Below are positions 8,464 through 18,031 of a stretch of DNA of 28,334 nucleotides, piece after piece; position 1 is the first letter of the stretch, and every line of letters starts with the position of its first letter. The stretch comes from Nitrospiraceae bacterium (GTDB lineage: Bacteria > Nitrospirota > Thermodesulfovibrionia > UBA6902), in NCBI GenBank assembly GCA_020354155.1, contig CP070644.1:1990204-2018537 (forward strand). Reading direction: 5' to 3'. Below the pieces are notes generated by a model. It saw only the letters and a list, made by a program, of their open reading frames with translations, was not told the DNA's origin and searched no databases. The translations under genes and the position numbers were made by a program.

Positions 8464-8517
8464 CTATAATGGTCGATCCTGCATTCTCATCACATTAATT
8501 TCACCGGGGAGGTAGCT

Positions 8518-8706
8518 ATGGCAAAACGTTCTGGGATGTTCAGCAGCGCTAAACGACAAAAAGAACTAAAGCGACAGAAAAAGCAGGAAGAGAAGAGACT
8601 GAAACGCCAGAAGAACACAACTGATTCTTCAGAAGTTTCCGATGAAATGGAGTCGGTGAATTCTGAATCGGAGACTTCTGAGAGCACACCTGAAGAAAGG
8701 GATTAA
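8518..8706 (+). CDS. Small hypothetical protein, basic N-half and acidic/Ser-rich C-half
   Basis: 62 aa with a strong GGGGAGG SD; KRQKELKRQKKQEEKR pattern. Confidence 0.75.
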   Translation: MAKRSGMFSSAKRQKELKRQKKQEEKRLKRQKNTTDSSEVSDEMESVNSESETSESTPEERD

Positions 8707-8876
8707 TACCCGCTGTCTCGCCCCACTCATTACAGTCTGGCTATTAAACACTTTAAGAAATACATATGTATAGTACCGAAAGACCTTACCTATCTACCTG
8801 TACTATTAATTATTCTGACGAATCAGAATAATAAGGCTAAATAGCATATAATATAATTACATTGGAGGAATAACCC

Positions 8877-9830
8877 ATCAAAAAGACAAACAAAAAATTA
8901 CGTGTCTATGAAAACCTGATTGACTTAATCAGCGATCCTGAGAATCCTACACCACTGCTTGCGGTAAACGGAAATATTAATCCAAAGGAAGACTATGAAA
9001 TTTATCTAAAACTTGAGAGGTTCAATCCATGCGGTTCGATAAAGGACAGGACGGCCTTAAACCTGTTGAAAGGGACTGAAATAAAAAAAGGAAAAACAAT
9101 AGTTGAACCTTCTTCCGGAAACACAGGAATAGCCCTGGCGTCAATAGCGAACGCAATGGGCATTCCTCTGGAAATAGCCATTCCCTCCGGTGCCCCTGAA
9201 GAAAAGAAAGTGTTGCTTAAATTATTAGGTGTAAACCTTTGGGAAGCAGATGATGACTTATGCCCCTTATATCCAAATGAAGGAGCAAGGGGACTTGTCA
9301 AAGGGATTTTGGCAGGCAAAGGGGGGGAAGAGTATGTAAGCCCAAACCAATATGAAAACCCATTAAACGCGATGGCCCATTACAAGTCAACAGGACCTGA
9401 AATATGGAAACAAACAGAAGGAAAAGTAAATTATTTCTTTGCCGGTTTTGGAACATGTGGAACTATCAGCGGGGTTGGGAAATACCTTAAAGAGAAAAAT
9501 CCTGATGTAAAAATAATTGGTGTTGAACCTAAATCAAGAAACCACAACCTTGCTGGAATGAAAAAGATATCAAACCTTCCTGAAGAGCTTATCCCTAACA
9601 TATTGAACAGGGACGTGATTGATGATATTGTGGAAGTTGAAGATGATCAGGCTTATCAGACAGCAATTGATCTGGCGAGGAAGACAGGGATCCTGATGGG
9701 ACCAACTACTGGAGCAGTGTTATTTTCAGCACTCAAGCACTCAAAGGATAATCAGGGTTTAGCTGTTGTCATCGCGCCTGATGACGCATTCAAGTATGTC
9801 AGCCTGTTTGCGGATTATCTGAAGGATTAA
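8877..9830 (+). CDS. PLP-dependent cysteine synthase family protein (CysK/CysM-like), 317 aa
   Basis: The frame is open from 8874. It includes PTPL and the PLP-lysine motif KLERFNPCGSIKDR upstream of the track's 9066 start, plus SSGNTG, NQYEN and GFGTCGT. The only SD-associated start-like codon is ATC at 8877. Confidence 0.9.
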   Translation: MKKTNKKLRVYENLIDLISDPENPTPLLAVNGNINPKEDYEIYLKLERFNPCGSIKDRTALNLLKGTEIKKGKTIVEPSSGNTGIALASIANAMGIPLEIAIPSGAPEEKKVLLKLLGVNLWEADDDLCPLYPNEGARGLVKGILAGKGGEEYVSPNQYENPLNAMAHYKSTGPEIWKQTEGKVNYFFAGFGTCGTISGVGKYLKEKNPDVKIIGVEPKSRNHNLAGMKKISNLPEELIPNILNRDVIDDIVEVEDDQAYQTAIDLARKTGILMGPTTGAVLFSALKHSKDNQGLAVVIAPDDAFKYVSLFADYLKD

Positions 9831-10091
9831 TGCAACCTTAACAGTGACCAGATTCATTCTCACGATATCATGATGGTATCCGCAGAACAAATGCGAATTG
9901 TTATTAGCATGATGACGCAAATTTGTAATTCTTATTATCTATATAAATATTTTAAATTGGCATATTAAGACGTTATCATATAAAATAAAGTATACCTTTT
10001 ATTCTTAGAAGCATCCGTATCCAATAGAATAATTACTGTTCTGATAAAGCCGGCGAATCCTTGAGAGATTATTGTCAGCTACAAGTTTCAT

Positions 10092-10403
10092 ATGGATAAA
10101 AGAGATTTTAAAAGAATAGAGACAAGCTTAGAATCTCATTGTTCAGATTTAAACTACTTTGGAACTGTAACGAATATCTCAGGAAACGGCATGTTTATTA
10201 GGTCTCCAAAAATAAACTTCCCTCTTGCATCGCAATTTGAGATTTCTATTCCTTATAAAGAAGAGATTTTAAATGTCCCAGTAATAATCAAGAGGCTTAC
10301 CAAGTCTAATGGATACTATGATGGCATGGGAGTCAAGATTATAAACCTGCAAAAAAAATACTTGGATTTATTAATCAGGCTGAACGCTGGTTCTCAGCCA
10401 TAA
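10092..10403 (+). CDS. Stand-alone PilZ domain protein (putative c-di-GMP receptor)
   Basis: RDFKR (RxxxR) and NISGNG (D/NxSxxG) motifs; 103 aa. Confidence 0.85.
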   Translation: MDKRDFKRIETSLESHCSDLNYFGTVTNISGNGMFIRSPKINFPLASQFEISIPYKEEILNVPVIIKRLTKSNGYYDGMGVKIINLQKKYLDLLIRLNAGSQP

Positions 10404-10523
10404 AGCGTATCTCTTGTAGTTCTATTTCTTTCATTTGATCGCCTTCTCTGCCTTCTACTATCCCCGGAATTAAATCTGTTATAATCATTCAGATCGTATG
10501 AATTTCATAGAAAGACTGTTTCC

Positions 10524-10958
10524 ATGGCAAGAATCGGCATATTAACCTGTTCCAACGCAACTCAGGACTTGGGATGTTCATCCTCAAGTTGTCTTTCAGC
10601 TTTCAGAAAAAGGCAGGGAGCTTTTTCATCATACCAGGATGATGAGGACCTTGATCTGATAGGAATTATTAATTGTCCCGGTTGTCCAACCCTGACCGGG
10701 CCGGAAAAATTAATTCAGAGAATAAGAGGATTAACTGAATTCAGGGTTGATGTTATACATTTCACCTACTGTATAAAAGCACTCTGTCCCTTTAAATCAA
10801 AGTATAAAAAGGCACTTGAAGAGGCATTCCCGAATATCAGGATTGTTCTTGGCACCCATCAGGTAAGCATTAAAGATAAAGACTACAGAAACAAGGTTAA
10901 GAGATTATTTTCTCAGGACAGGAAAACCATGGTAGATGTTATTTTAAAGAAGGATTGA
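10524..10958 (+). CDS. CGGC domain-containing protein (putative metal/Fe-S binding)
   Basis: IGILTC...C....C, GAF..Y, IINCPGCP, IHFTYC...CP, V.GTH pattern. Confidence 0.85.
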   Translation: MARIGILTCSNATQDLGCSSSSCLSAFRKRQGAFSSYQDDEDLDLIGIINCPGCPTLTGPEKLIQRIRGLTEFRVDVIHFTYCIKALCPFKSKYKKALEEAFPNIRIVLGTHQVSIKDKDYRNKVKRLFSQDRKTMVDVILKKD

Positions 10959-11078
10959 ATACCCCGGGGCACTTCCCGGGAAGCTAGCTGTACCTTCGAC
11001 TATACTATGACCCGGATGGCGCAGCTTCTTATCAGATTGCCAGGGGAAAACCTGACAGAATGAACAGTCTCACCCCTG

Positions 11079-11282
11079 TTACGTACCCTGTTTCCTCAGT
11101 TCTGTTACGGACTGACCCCCTATACCCCAGTTGTCGGTGTCTACCTCGTCTATGACGACAAAGGTTGTCCTGGGGTCTTTGCCAAGCACATCAACAAGCA
11201 ATTGTGTGACCCCTTTGATAAGTTCCTGTTTCTGGTCTGCAGTGACTCCGCCTTGTGTTACCTTGATGTTTACAAATGGCAT
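11079..11282 (-). CDS. 4-oxalocrotonate tautomerase family protein
   Basis: N-terminal Pro after Met, QKQELIKGVT, V.IDEV..DNWGIGG; 67 aa. Confidence 0.93.
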   Translation of the reverse strand: MPFVNIKVTQGGVTADQKQELIKGVTQLLVDVLGKDPRTTFVVIDEVDTDNWGIGGQSVTELRKQGT

Positions 11283-11464
11283 GCTATCCTCCTTTAGAAT
11301 GGTTTTTAATCGTCAATGTAGTCCGATCACAGCATTGAAACAACACACATAGTATATTCGATTGTTTTATGCACAGGTTGATATACTTATAAAACTGTAT
11401 TAACTTATATTTAATATCAGACAACATATGCCGATAATGAATGTAAATCTGTAAGGGAGGTACA

Positions 11465-11638
11465 ATGAAAGAAAATGCATTACAGAATGAAGTTATTGTA
11501 ACAGATATTAAGCTGCCTCTTGGAACAATGATCACATTTATGATGAAACTGGCAGTGGCTGCAATTCCGGCAGTAATGCTTCTGACAATTTTTGTCTATA
11601 TGTTTTCGCTCTTTGTATTTAGTCGATTTCACGGGTGA
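11465..11638 (+). CDS. Small membrane protein (57 aa), not in the ORF track
   Basis: AAGGGAGG SD. MKENALQNEVIVTDIKLPLGTMITFMMKLAVAAIPAVMLLTIFVYMFSLFVFSRFHG has a long hydrophobic segment. Confidence 0.8.
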   Translation: MKENALQNEVIVTDIKLPLGTMITFMMKLAVAAIPAVMLLTIFVYMFSLFVFSRFHG

Positions 11639-11665
11639 AGGTTCTGCAACCGATTCTTGAAAAGC

Positions 11666-13030
11666 CTAAAAGGCGGTTGCCATTTTTTTTGCAAAGTCCG
11701 CGAGAGTGTCGTCACGGGCTCCAAGGATTACATAATTGCCCCAATCGCCAGATCTACGGAGTATCTCCTCTCTTTTTTCAATGACTTCAGCAGACTTGCC
11801 CCTGGTCCTTATTCCCTCAGCAAGGTCTTCGCTGGAAATGTCCCGCCTGACTGATCCGCCTGCGTAAAAGATTGGCAGGAGGATGAGGTGGTCAAGAGGA
11901 CGAAGATTATCTGCAAAGGTATTGATATATTCGTTTTTCATCATTCGTGTAGGCCCAAAACCATGGGGTTGAAAGATGTAGCATATCCGGTCCCGCAAAT
12001 TCTTTGTTGTGTCCATAAGGGCCGCTATCTTGTGGGGATTGTGTGCGTAGTCATCTATGACAAGCCTCTGGCCGTCATTTACATGAACATCAAAACGTCG
12101 TTCAATCCCCTGAAAACCGGGAAGTGCATCAGCGATCATTCTGAGATCGATATCTATTTCTGAAAGTACGGCGATACAGGACAGGGCATTATAAATATTG
12201 AATTGCCCCGGAAGATTGAGAGTGAACCTGACATCATTTACAGTAAATTCCGAGGAAAAGTGCTTTTGATCAATATCACAGGCCATGTACGGAGAATCAG
12301 CGTACAGGGAAAAGGGTATCCTGTTTTTCCCTGAGAGGGCAGTAAGATTGCTGTCATCAGCATTCATGATAATTGACTTCTTTGTTTTACTCATAAGTAC
12401 CTGGAACATCTCTGCTGTTTTTTCAACGCTGTGGTGGTCAAAGGCAAGGTTTAAGAATAGGGAGACTTCCGGCGTATAATGAATTATACTTCCATCAGAC
12501 TCACAGGCCTCGATAACGAGAAAGTCTGAACTGCCTGAGAGGGCGTTCCCCCGGGACCCATCCTTCTGAAGAGACCTGACCCCTCCGCCTCCGATAAAAT
12601 TTGGACTGAGCCCCAGTTCCTTCATGAGATAGGCGAGCATTCCGGATGATGTTGATTTCCCGCTTGTGCCGGCCACAGCAATAGTCCTGAAAGATCCTGT
12701 TATCTCGGCAAGATATTCAGGCCTGGTCTTACAGGGGATGGCAAGTTCCTGTGCTCTCAGGGCTTCAGGATGGACAGATTCGACGGCTGTGCTGAAGACA
12801 GCGAGATCAATACTCCTGTCCAAACCGCTGCCGTCCTGGGGAAAAAGGGTGATTCCTCTTGAGAGAAAGAACTTCTTCAGGTAATGATCAGGGTTCATAT
12901 CAAAGGCCCTGTCCGATCCGGAAATACTATTGCCTCTTTGAGACATGAAATCTGCTATTGCCGAGACACCGCTGCCTGCTATTCCTGAAAAAAATATCTT
13001 TAAGGGTCGTTCCACACATTTATGATACAT
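11666..13030 (-). CDS. MurC/Mpl-like Mur ligase (orphan copy)
   Basis: GIAGSGVSAIA, SGSD, GTSGKSTS, EACESDG, NLAFDH, GIERRF, DDYAHNP, FQPHG. Start codon uncertain. Confidence 0.88.
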   Translation of the reverse strand: MYHKCVERPLKIFFSGIAGSGVSAIADFMSQRGNSISGSDRAFDMNPDHYLKKFFLSRGITLFPQDGSGLDRSIDLAVFSTAVESVHPEALRAQELAIPCKTRPEYLAEITGSFRTIAVAGTSGKSTSSGMLAYLMKELGLSPNFIGGGGVRSLQKDGSRGNALSGSSDFLVIEACESDGSIIHYTPEVSLFLNLAFDHHSVEKTAEMFQVLMSKTKKSIIMNADDSNLTALSGKNRIPFSLYADSPYMACDIDQKHFSSEFTVNDVRFTLNLPGQFNIYNALSCIAVLSEIDIDLRMIADALPGFQGIERRFDVHVNDGQRLVIDDYAHNPHKIAALMDTTKNLRDRICYIFQPHGFGPTRMMKNEYINTFADNLRPLDHLILLPIFYAGGSVRRDISSEDLAEGIRTRGKSAEVIEKREEILRRSGDWGNYVILGARDDTLADFAKKMATAF

Positions 13031-13125
13031 GAAAGAGGGTCTATTCAGACAGATACTCAGGCATGATCCATACCAAAGGTATGGAATTATATATAATGGA
13101 TGGACGATCGAAAGGGGAGAAATCT

Positions 13126-14496
13126 GTGAAGGAAGAGGCAGGGGCCGTTAATCTCACCAGCGGAAGTATAGGGAAGAACATATGGTATATGTCATGGCCC
13201 ATGCTTCTTGTCATGTTCTGCAACTTTCTTGTGGGCCTTACCGACGTTTATGTTGCCGGGTTTCTTGGCCCGGAAATACAGGCCATTGTCGGATTTGTCG
13301 GTGAACTCTATTTCTTCATCATCATTGTGGCAAACGCAATCAGTATCGGCACTGTGGCCCTGATATCACGGGCAGTGGGAGCAGGCAAGTTTGAAGATGC
13401 TCTCTCTGCAACAAGACAGTCTCTTTCCCTGGGGCTTCTATGCGCTCTTCTGCTTACCGGTGCCGCTCTGGTCTTCAAGGACCTGATCATGTCCTTTGCT
13501 GGTTTTACAGGAGTCACCCATGAATTCGCCGGAAATTATTTCATAATTTTTGTCTTTGCACTTGCGCCAAATTATATCGTAATACTGGCAAATGCCATAT
13601 TCAGGGCCGGAGGGGAGGTCAGGCTCACACTGATAACCATGTTTATCGTTAGCCTGATAAATGTTGCATTGGATTTTCTCCTCGTTTTCGGACTCTTTTC
13701 TCTCAAGGGAATTGGTTACAGGGGCATTGCCCTTGCCACTGCTCTATCGATGTCTGCCGGTATGGTCATATGTTTTGTTCTTTTTAAAAGGAGCCGGTGG
13801 AAGGATGTCTTTTCCGGTATGTGGCACCTGTCCTCTGATCTGGTCAGGCGTATCGTCAGGGTGAGCTGGCCTGCCGCCCTTATACAGATATCATGGAATG
13901 CCGGCAACATCGTCCTCTACACTATCCTCAGCCGTCTTCAGGAAGGAAGTATTACCGGTATGGCTGCGCTCACAAACGGATTGCGGATTGAAGCGATCAT
14001 TTATATGCCGGTCTTTGCACTGCATGCCGCTGCATCTGTGCTGACCGGTCAGAACCTCGGGGCTGGCTCGCCGGAGAGGGCAGAAAAAATTGGATGGAAG
14101 ATATCACTGGCAGGAGTGGCATTTGTCAGTCTTATGGCCTTGCCTATTTTTATATGGGCCGGGACCCTCTCTGCGCCGGTGGCAAAGGACCATAATGTGC
14201 TTGTGGAGACAGTACGGTATCTCAGGATCACAATGCTGTCCGAACCCTTTATGGCTATGAGTGTCATCCTGGCAGGCTGCCTTATGGGTGCAGGAGACAC
14301 AAAGGGAACCATGCTTGTAATTGTGAGTGCACTCTGGATAATCCGGTTGCCCCTGGCCTACATCCTTGCTGTCGTTGCAGGCTACGGTGTCCTTGGAGTC
14401 TGGCTATCAATGATCATTTCCATGTTCTTTCAGGGGATTGCAATGACAGCACGGTTCAGGAGCGGTCGATGGAAAGAGGTGAAGCCCTGGAACTGA
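13126..14496 (+). CDS. MATE family efflux transporter
   Basis: Polytopic membrane protein with D..VAGFLG, FRAGG, GQNLGAG and GAGDTK motifs. GTG at 13126 has an AGGGGAG SD (track start is 13063). Confidence 0.93.
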   Translation: MKEEAGAVNLTSGSIGKNIWYMSWPMLLVMFCNFLVGLTDVYVAGFLGPEIQAIVGFVGELYFFIIIVANAISIGTVALISRAVGAGKFEDALSATRQSLSLGLLCALLLTGAALVFKDLIMSFAGFTGVTHEFAGNYFIIFVFALAPNYIVILANAIFRAGGEVRLTLITMFIVSLINVALDFLLVFGLFSLKGIGYRGIALATALSMSAGMVICFVLFKRSRWKDVFSGMWHLSSDLVRRIVRVSWPAALIQISWNAGNIVLYTILSRLQEGSITGMAALTNGLRIEAIIYMPVFALHAAASVLTGQNLGAGSPERAEKIGWKISLAGVAFVSLMALPIFIWAGTLSAPVAKDHNVLVETVRYLRITMLSEPFMAMSVILAGCLMGAGDTKGTMLVIVSALWIIRLPLAYILAVVAGYGVLGVWLSMIISMFFQGIAMTARFRSGRWKEVKPWN

Positions 14497-14567
14497 TTCA
14501 GGAGAAGTAATTTAACAGGTGGCTCCCGAAAGTCACTTGAAAAGATAGGGATTTGGGAAAATGGTAC

Positions 14568-14607
14568 AAAAAAATCTCCTGCTGCATAGAATCATGCTGC
14601 AGGAGAT
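14568..14607 (-). terminator. Rho-independent terminator
   Basis: Stem of 13 pairs with one mismatch (ATCTCCTGC.GCAT/ATGC.GCAGGAGAT), followed by a T-run on the minus strand, just after the 14629 stop. Confidence 0.75.
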
Positions 14608-14628
14608 CTCTGCTTGAAGCATCCCTGG

Positions 14629-14946
14629 TTAACCGCCTGCATATCCTCCTGACGGAAAGTCTTTATTCCTCAAAGAATCTGAAGTAGGTACAGATACTGA
14701 ACTTTCACTGTTTTTTCCCAGTGTGTTCCAATCAACGGGACACTCTTTTGAAAATATCTCCAGCTTCCAGTCAATCATCTGAATCAGCTCATTGAGGTGC
14801 TTGACATGCGTGCTCAGTACACCTTTTTCCTTGCCCTGCATAAGCCCTATCTGGGTCAGGAAAGAGTCAAGGCTGTCCTTCATGTTGGCAAGTTCCGTGT
14901 AGAGGCAGTCACAGTAACCATTTATGTCTATATGTCTTGCGCTCAT
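14629..14946 (-). CDS. Hypothetical protein, helical (105 aa)
   Basis: AGGAGG SD before the ATG at 14946 (track start 15021). YCD...EL...K and ECP.DW pattern, C-terminal GGYAGG. Confidence 0.75.
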   Translation of the reverse strand: MSARHIDINGYCDCLYTELANMKDSLDSFLTQIGLMQGKEKGVLSTHVKHLNELIQMIDWKLEIFSKECPVDWNTLGKNSESSVSVPTSDSLRNKDFPSGGYAGG

Positions 14947-15171
14947 GACCGAAACCTCCTTTCTTTGCCCTTCTGGAACCCGGTTATCTACCTGTTCCAT
15001 TTTGTTCTCTTCTCTACTCATACAATATCCCTCTTTCCTTTAAAATTCTATGATAATTGTCATAAAAGGGGATATCGGGTAATTCAGTTGAAGGGAGTCT
15101 GATATGAAAAAATGATAAAACTTTACAGAGTGAATAATTCTACGGGCATCAGATTCGGATTGAGGTCTTCC

Positions 15172-15384
15172 TTATTTCCTGCTGAATATCAGTTTCAGAA
15201 TGAGCAGCACCCAGGGAGCGCTGTGCAGTATGAGATCAAACCAGTCAATGGGCCGGACAAGACGGCCCTGGAAGAGCATGGTAAGTTTCTCTAAAATATG
15301 AGGCGGTTTAAAGGGTGCGAGACCAAGAGTGAGACAGAGCAGCACGACCATACCCCAGGGGATTTTTTCAAGGAACTGTTCCAT
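15172..15384 (-). CDS. Small conserved membrane protein (70 aa)
   Basis: LGLAPF..PH..EKL.ML..G.L.RPID.FDL..H pattern with two hydrophobic segments. From memory, such proteins are often auto-labelled 'RND transporter'. Confidence 0.8.
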   Translation of the reverse strand: MEQFLEKIPWGMVVLLCLTLGLAPFKPPHILEKLTMLFQGRLVRPIDWFDLILHSAPWVLLILKLIFSRK

Positions 15385-15468
15385 ACAGGGAGTATATCAT
15401 ATAAATATTGTAGAGCACGACAAATCATCTGAGAGCATGATAAATGTTTATTTCCCTTAACTGTATTT

Positions 15469-15595
15469 GTCATACTCCGGCTTGACCGGAGTATCCAGAA
15501 GTTAAAAAATTTAAGCTAAGATGATTTTACAATTTATTATAAAACTTTTAGAATGGATATGATTTCTGGATTGCCCGATCAAGTCGGGCAATGAC
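15469..15595. repeat. REP/MITE-like element with two inverted hairpin ends
   Basis: Left end GTCAT-ACTCCGG-CTTGA-CCGGAGT-ATCCAG; right end CTGGAT-TGCCCGA-TCAAG-TCGGGCA-ATGAC; AT-rich core. Confidence 0.8.
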
Positions 15596-15647
15596 GCTTT
15601 TGTGGTCTGTTTAAACTCTTTAAGCGACAATCAACAGGAGATATTTC

Positions 15648-16274
15648 ATGGCCGAGATCGGAAAAATCACCAAACCTGAGGTAAAAAAATACGAGAACAA
15701 GAAAAAAATATATTTTATAAAAAATATCTATCTTCCCCAGAATGCAACAGATACATACAAGAGTATCTTTAAGCGGTATTGGAAGGAAGTAGAGGAGCAT
15801 CTGGGAAAACTGGAAGCTGCCGGCAAGGTATCAAAGATATTCTGCGAGAGCATTTACATGACCGGTGAAAAATCCATGCAGGTACTGCACAACATGAACG
15901 CCAGGCTCGGAGAGATAGTAAAGAAAAAGATTGATAAAGGGGCTCTGTTTCTGCCCCTTGAGGACAAGGATATTTTCGGCGCCTATATTGACTGGAACAA
16001 CTGCCTCATGATTGTACAGACCTCTGCTGTGTATGACACTGTCCAAAAGTTTTTCAAGGAGGCTATCGAGAACAGGCTTCAACATATCACAAAGATGCTG
16101 CAGGATAATATTGCAGATACTGAAGCAGTGCTGCTCATTATGCGTGAAGAGGACCGGAAAGCTCTGGAATTTCCTGAAGACATGGAAGTATTTCCAATTA
16201 CGCCTCCTGCCCTTGATGATCTCGAACAGTACATTCGCGACGCGCACAGCGGTAAAGAATACTGGAGAAGCTGA
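15648..16274 (+). CDS. Hypothetical protein (208 aa)
   Basis: Long ORF with an AGGAG SD; no family recognised with confidence. Confidence 0.8.
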   Translation: MAEIGKITKPEVKKYENKKKIYFIKNIYLPQNATDTYKSIFKRYWKEVEEHLGKLEAAGKVSKIFCESIYMTGEKSMQVLHNMNARLGEIVKKKIDKGALFLPLEDKDIFGAYIDWNNCLMIVQTSAVYDTVQKFFKEAIENRLQHITKMLQDNIADTEAVLLIMREEDRKALEFPEDMEVFPITPPALDDLEQYIRDAHSGKEYWRS

Positions 16275-16532
16275 ACGTCATTCAGTATAGTGAGAGATCA
16301 AAGAAGATTGTCATTTCAACGGTCATGAGGAATCGTCATCCTGCCGAGGTTGAACATCAAATGGAGGTACGATCGCAACTCAGGTGTGGTACAATAACCT
16401 GAATCTGCCGTGATTTTTTGATTTTTGACAGAAAATCTACTATCATATATTCTCATTTACTGCTTCATTGCAATGATTCCAGAAGACATATCAAATTCAC
16501 TATCTGATGAGTTCAAAGGAAAGAGGTAAGTC

Positions 16533-17297
16533 ATGACTAAGATAGGCATTATCGGAGGATCAGGGCTTGATGATCCCGATATTTTGAAAGATGCACAGGA
16601 AGTGAATGTCCAGACACCCTATGGTTCACCCACATCTGCTCTGACCTGCGGATCGATAAAAGGCATTGATGTCATAATCATAGCCCGCCACGGGAAAGAC
16701 CACTCAATAAGTCCGACACAGGTCAATTTCAGGGCGAATATCTGGGCATTGAAAGAGCAGGGATGCACGCATATCCTTGCATCAACTGCCGTGGGCTCTC
16801 TTCGTGAAGAACTGGCCCCAGGACATATTGTTCTTCCCAACCAGTTTATTGATCACACGAGAAAGCGGGAAGTAACCTTTTTCGATGAAAATGAAGTTAT
16901 TCATACTGCGATGGCAGATCCATTCTGCCAGAATCTGATAGACCTGCTTGCATCGACAGCTGAGGAACTCGGTTTAAACTGTCACAAGAATAAAACAGTT
17001 ATTACCATCGAAGGCCCCCGATTTTCATCCAAAGCCGAGAGCCATATGTTCAGAAGCTGGAATGCTGATGTCATTAATATGAGCACCGTACCTGAGGTAA
17101 CCCTTGCACGGGAAAAGAAGCTCCATTATGCTGCAATTGCAATGTCAACGGACTATGACTGCTGGCACGAAGAGGAAGAGCCCGTCACATGGGAGATGAT
17201 TGTAAAGGTGATGAAGAAGAATGCAGACAATGTAATCAACCTCTTTTTAAAGGTGATTCCAAAAATAAAAGAATATGAAGACGTGTGCACGTCTTAA
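16533..17297 (+). CDS. mtnP: S-methyl-5'-thioadenosine phosphorylase
   Basis: GIIGGSG, TPYG, ARHG..H, VNFRANIWAL, TAVGSL, EGPRFS..AES, NMSTVPE, STDYDCW. Confidence 0.95.
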   Translation: MTKIGIIGGSGLDDPDILKDAQEVNVQTPYGSPTSALTCGSIKGIDVIIIARHGKDHSISPTQVNFRANIWALKEQGCTHILASTAVGSLREELAPGHIVLPNQFIDHTRKREVTFFDENEVIHTAMADPFCQNLIDLLASTAEELGLNCHKNKTVITIEGPRFSSKAESHMFRSWNADVINMSTVPEVTLAREKKLHYAAIAMSTDYDCWHEEEEPVTWEMIVKVMKKNADNVINLFLKVIPKIKEYEDVCTS

Positions 17298-17321
17298 CAG
17301 AATAAGCAAGGAGGCCAGAGA

Positions 17322-17855
17322 ATGCCGATAAAATCCAAGATCAGGACCATACCGGACCATCCAAAAAAAGGAATCATGTTCAGGGATATTACGACTCTCA
17401 TTAAGGATCCCGTTGGTTTCAGGCTTGTCATTGACAATTTTACCCAGCGATATCTCAAAGACGATATTGATTTTGACATTATCGTTGGGATTGAAGCACG
17501 GGGTTTTATAATCGGCGGCGCATTATCCTACACCCTCGGGAGAGGATTTGTCCCTGTGAGAAAAATTGGCAAGCTGCCTGCAGAAGTTGTCAGACATGAA
17601 TATGAGCTTGAATATGGAACTGATACCGTTGAAGTGCATAAAGATGCTATTCCAAAAAATTCAAAAATTTTACTCGTTGACGATCTCCTGGCAACGGGCG
17701 GAACCGCCCTTGCAGCAGCAACGCTCGTGGAAAAGCTCGGCGGTACAGTCGCTGAAATGGCTTTTATCGTAAACCTTCCCGACGTAGGCGGAGAAAAGAA
17801 ACTCCGTGAGAAGGGGTATAACATTTACTGTCTGACTGAATTTGAAGGTGATTGA
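17322..17855 (+). CDS. apt: Adenine phosphoribosyltransferase
   Basis: FRDITTL, GIEARGF, RKIGKLP, YELEYG, VDDLLATGGT. Confidence 0.97.
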   Translation: MPIKSKIRTIPDHPKKGIMFRDITTLIKDPVGFRLVIDNFTQRYLKDDIDFDIIVGIEARGFIIGGALSYTLGRGFVPVRKIGKLPAEVVRHEYELEYGTDTVEVHKDAIPKNSKILLVDDLLATGGTALAAATLVEKLGGTVAEMAFIVNLPDVGGEKKLREKGYNIYCLTEFEGD

Positions 17856-17898
17856 GGTTGTTTTAGCTTTTTTGGGTTGAAATATGTGTCACCTTGAA

Positions 17899-18031
17899 GC
17901 CTAAGGCGCGGATCATCGATGCACACCACGAAAGATGTTCACGAGCAATAAAACCGATTTGCAGATCACAGAACAATCACTCTCAAAAAAGTCGCTGCTG
18001 GTATGCATTCGAATGCATCCGGTTGTTAGAT
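17899..18031 (-). repeat. attC site of the VapBC cassette (R' lacks the invariant G)
   Basis: R'' ATCTAAC contains the vapC stop. It is followed by L'' GATGCATT, inner stem GATGCACACCA/TGGTATGCATTC and L' GATGATC, then CGCGCC-TTAGGC. Confidence 0.8.

Noticed and set aside
9066-9068. Track start for cysteine synthase
   Set aside because: It would omit the catalytic PLP-lysine motif.
9917-9926. GCAAATTTGT, similar to the upstream motif
   Set aside because: A single imperfect box in AT-rich DNA with no nearby -24/-12 element seen.
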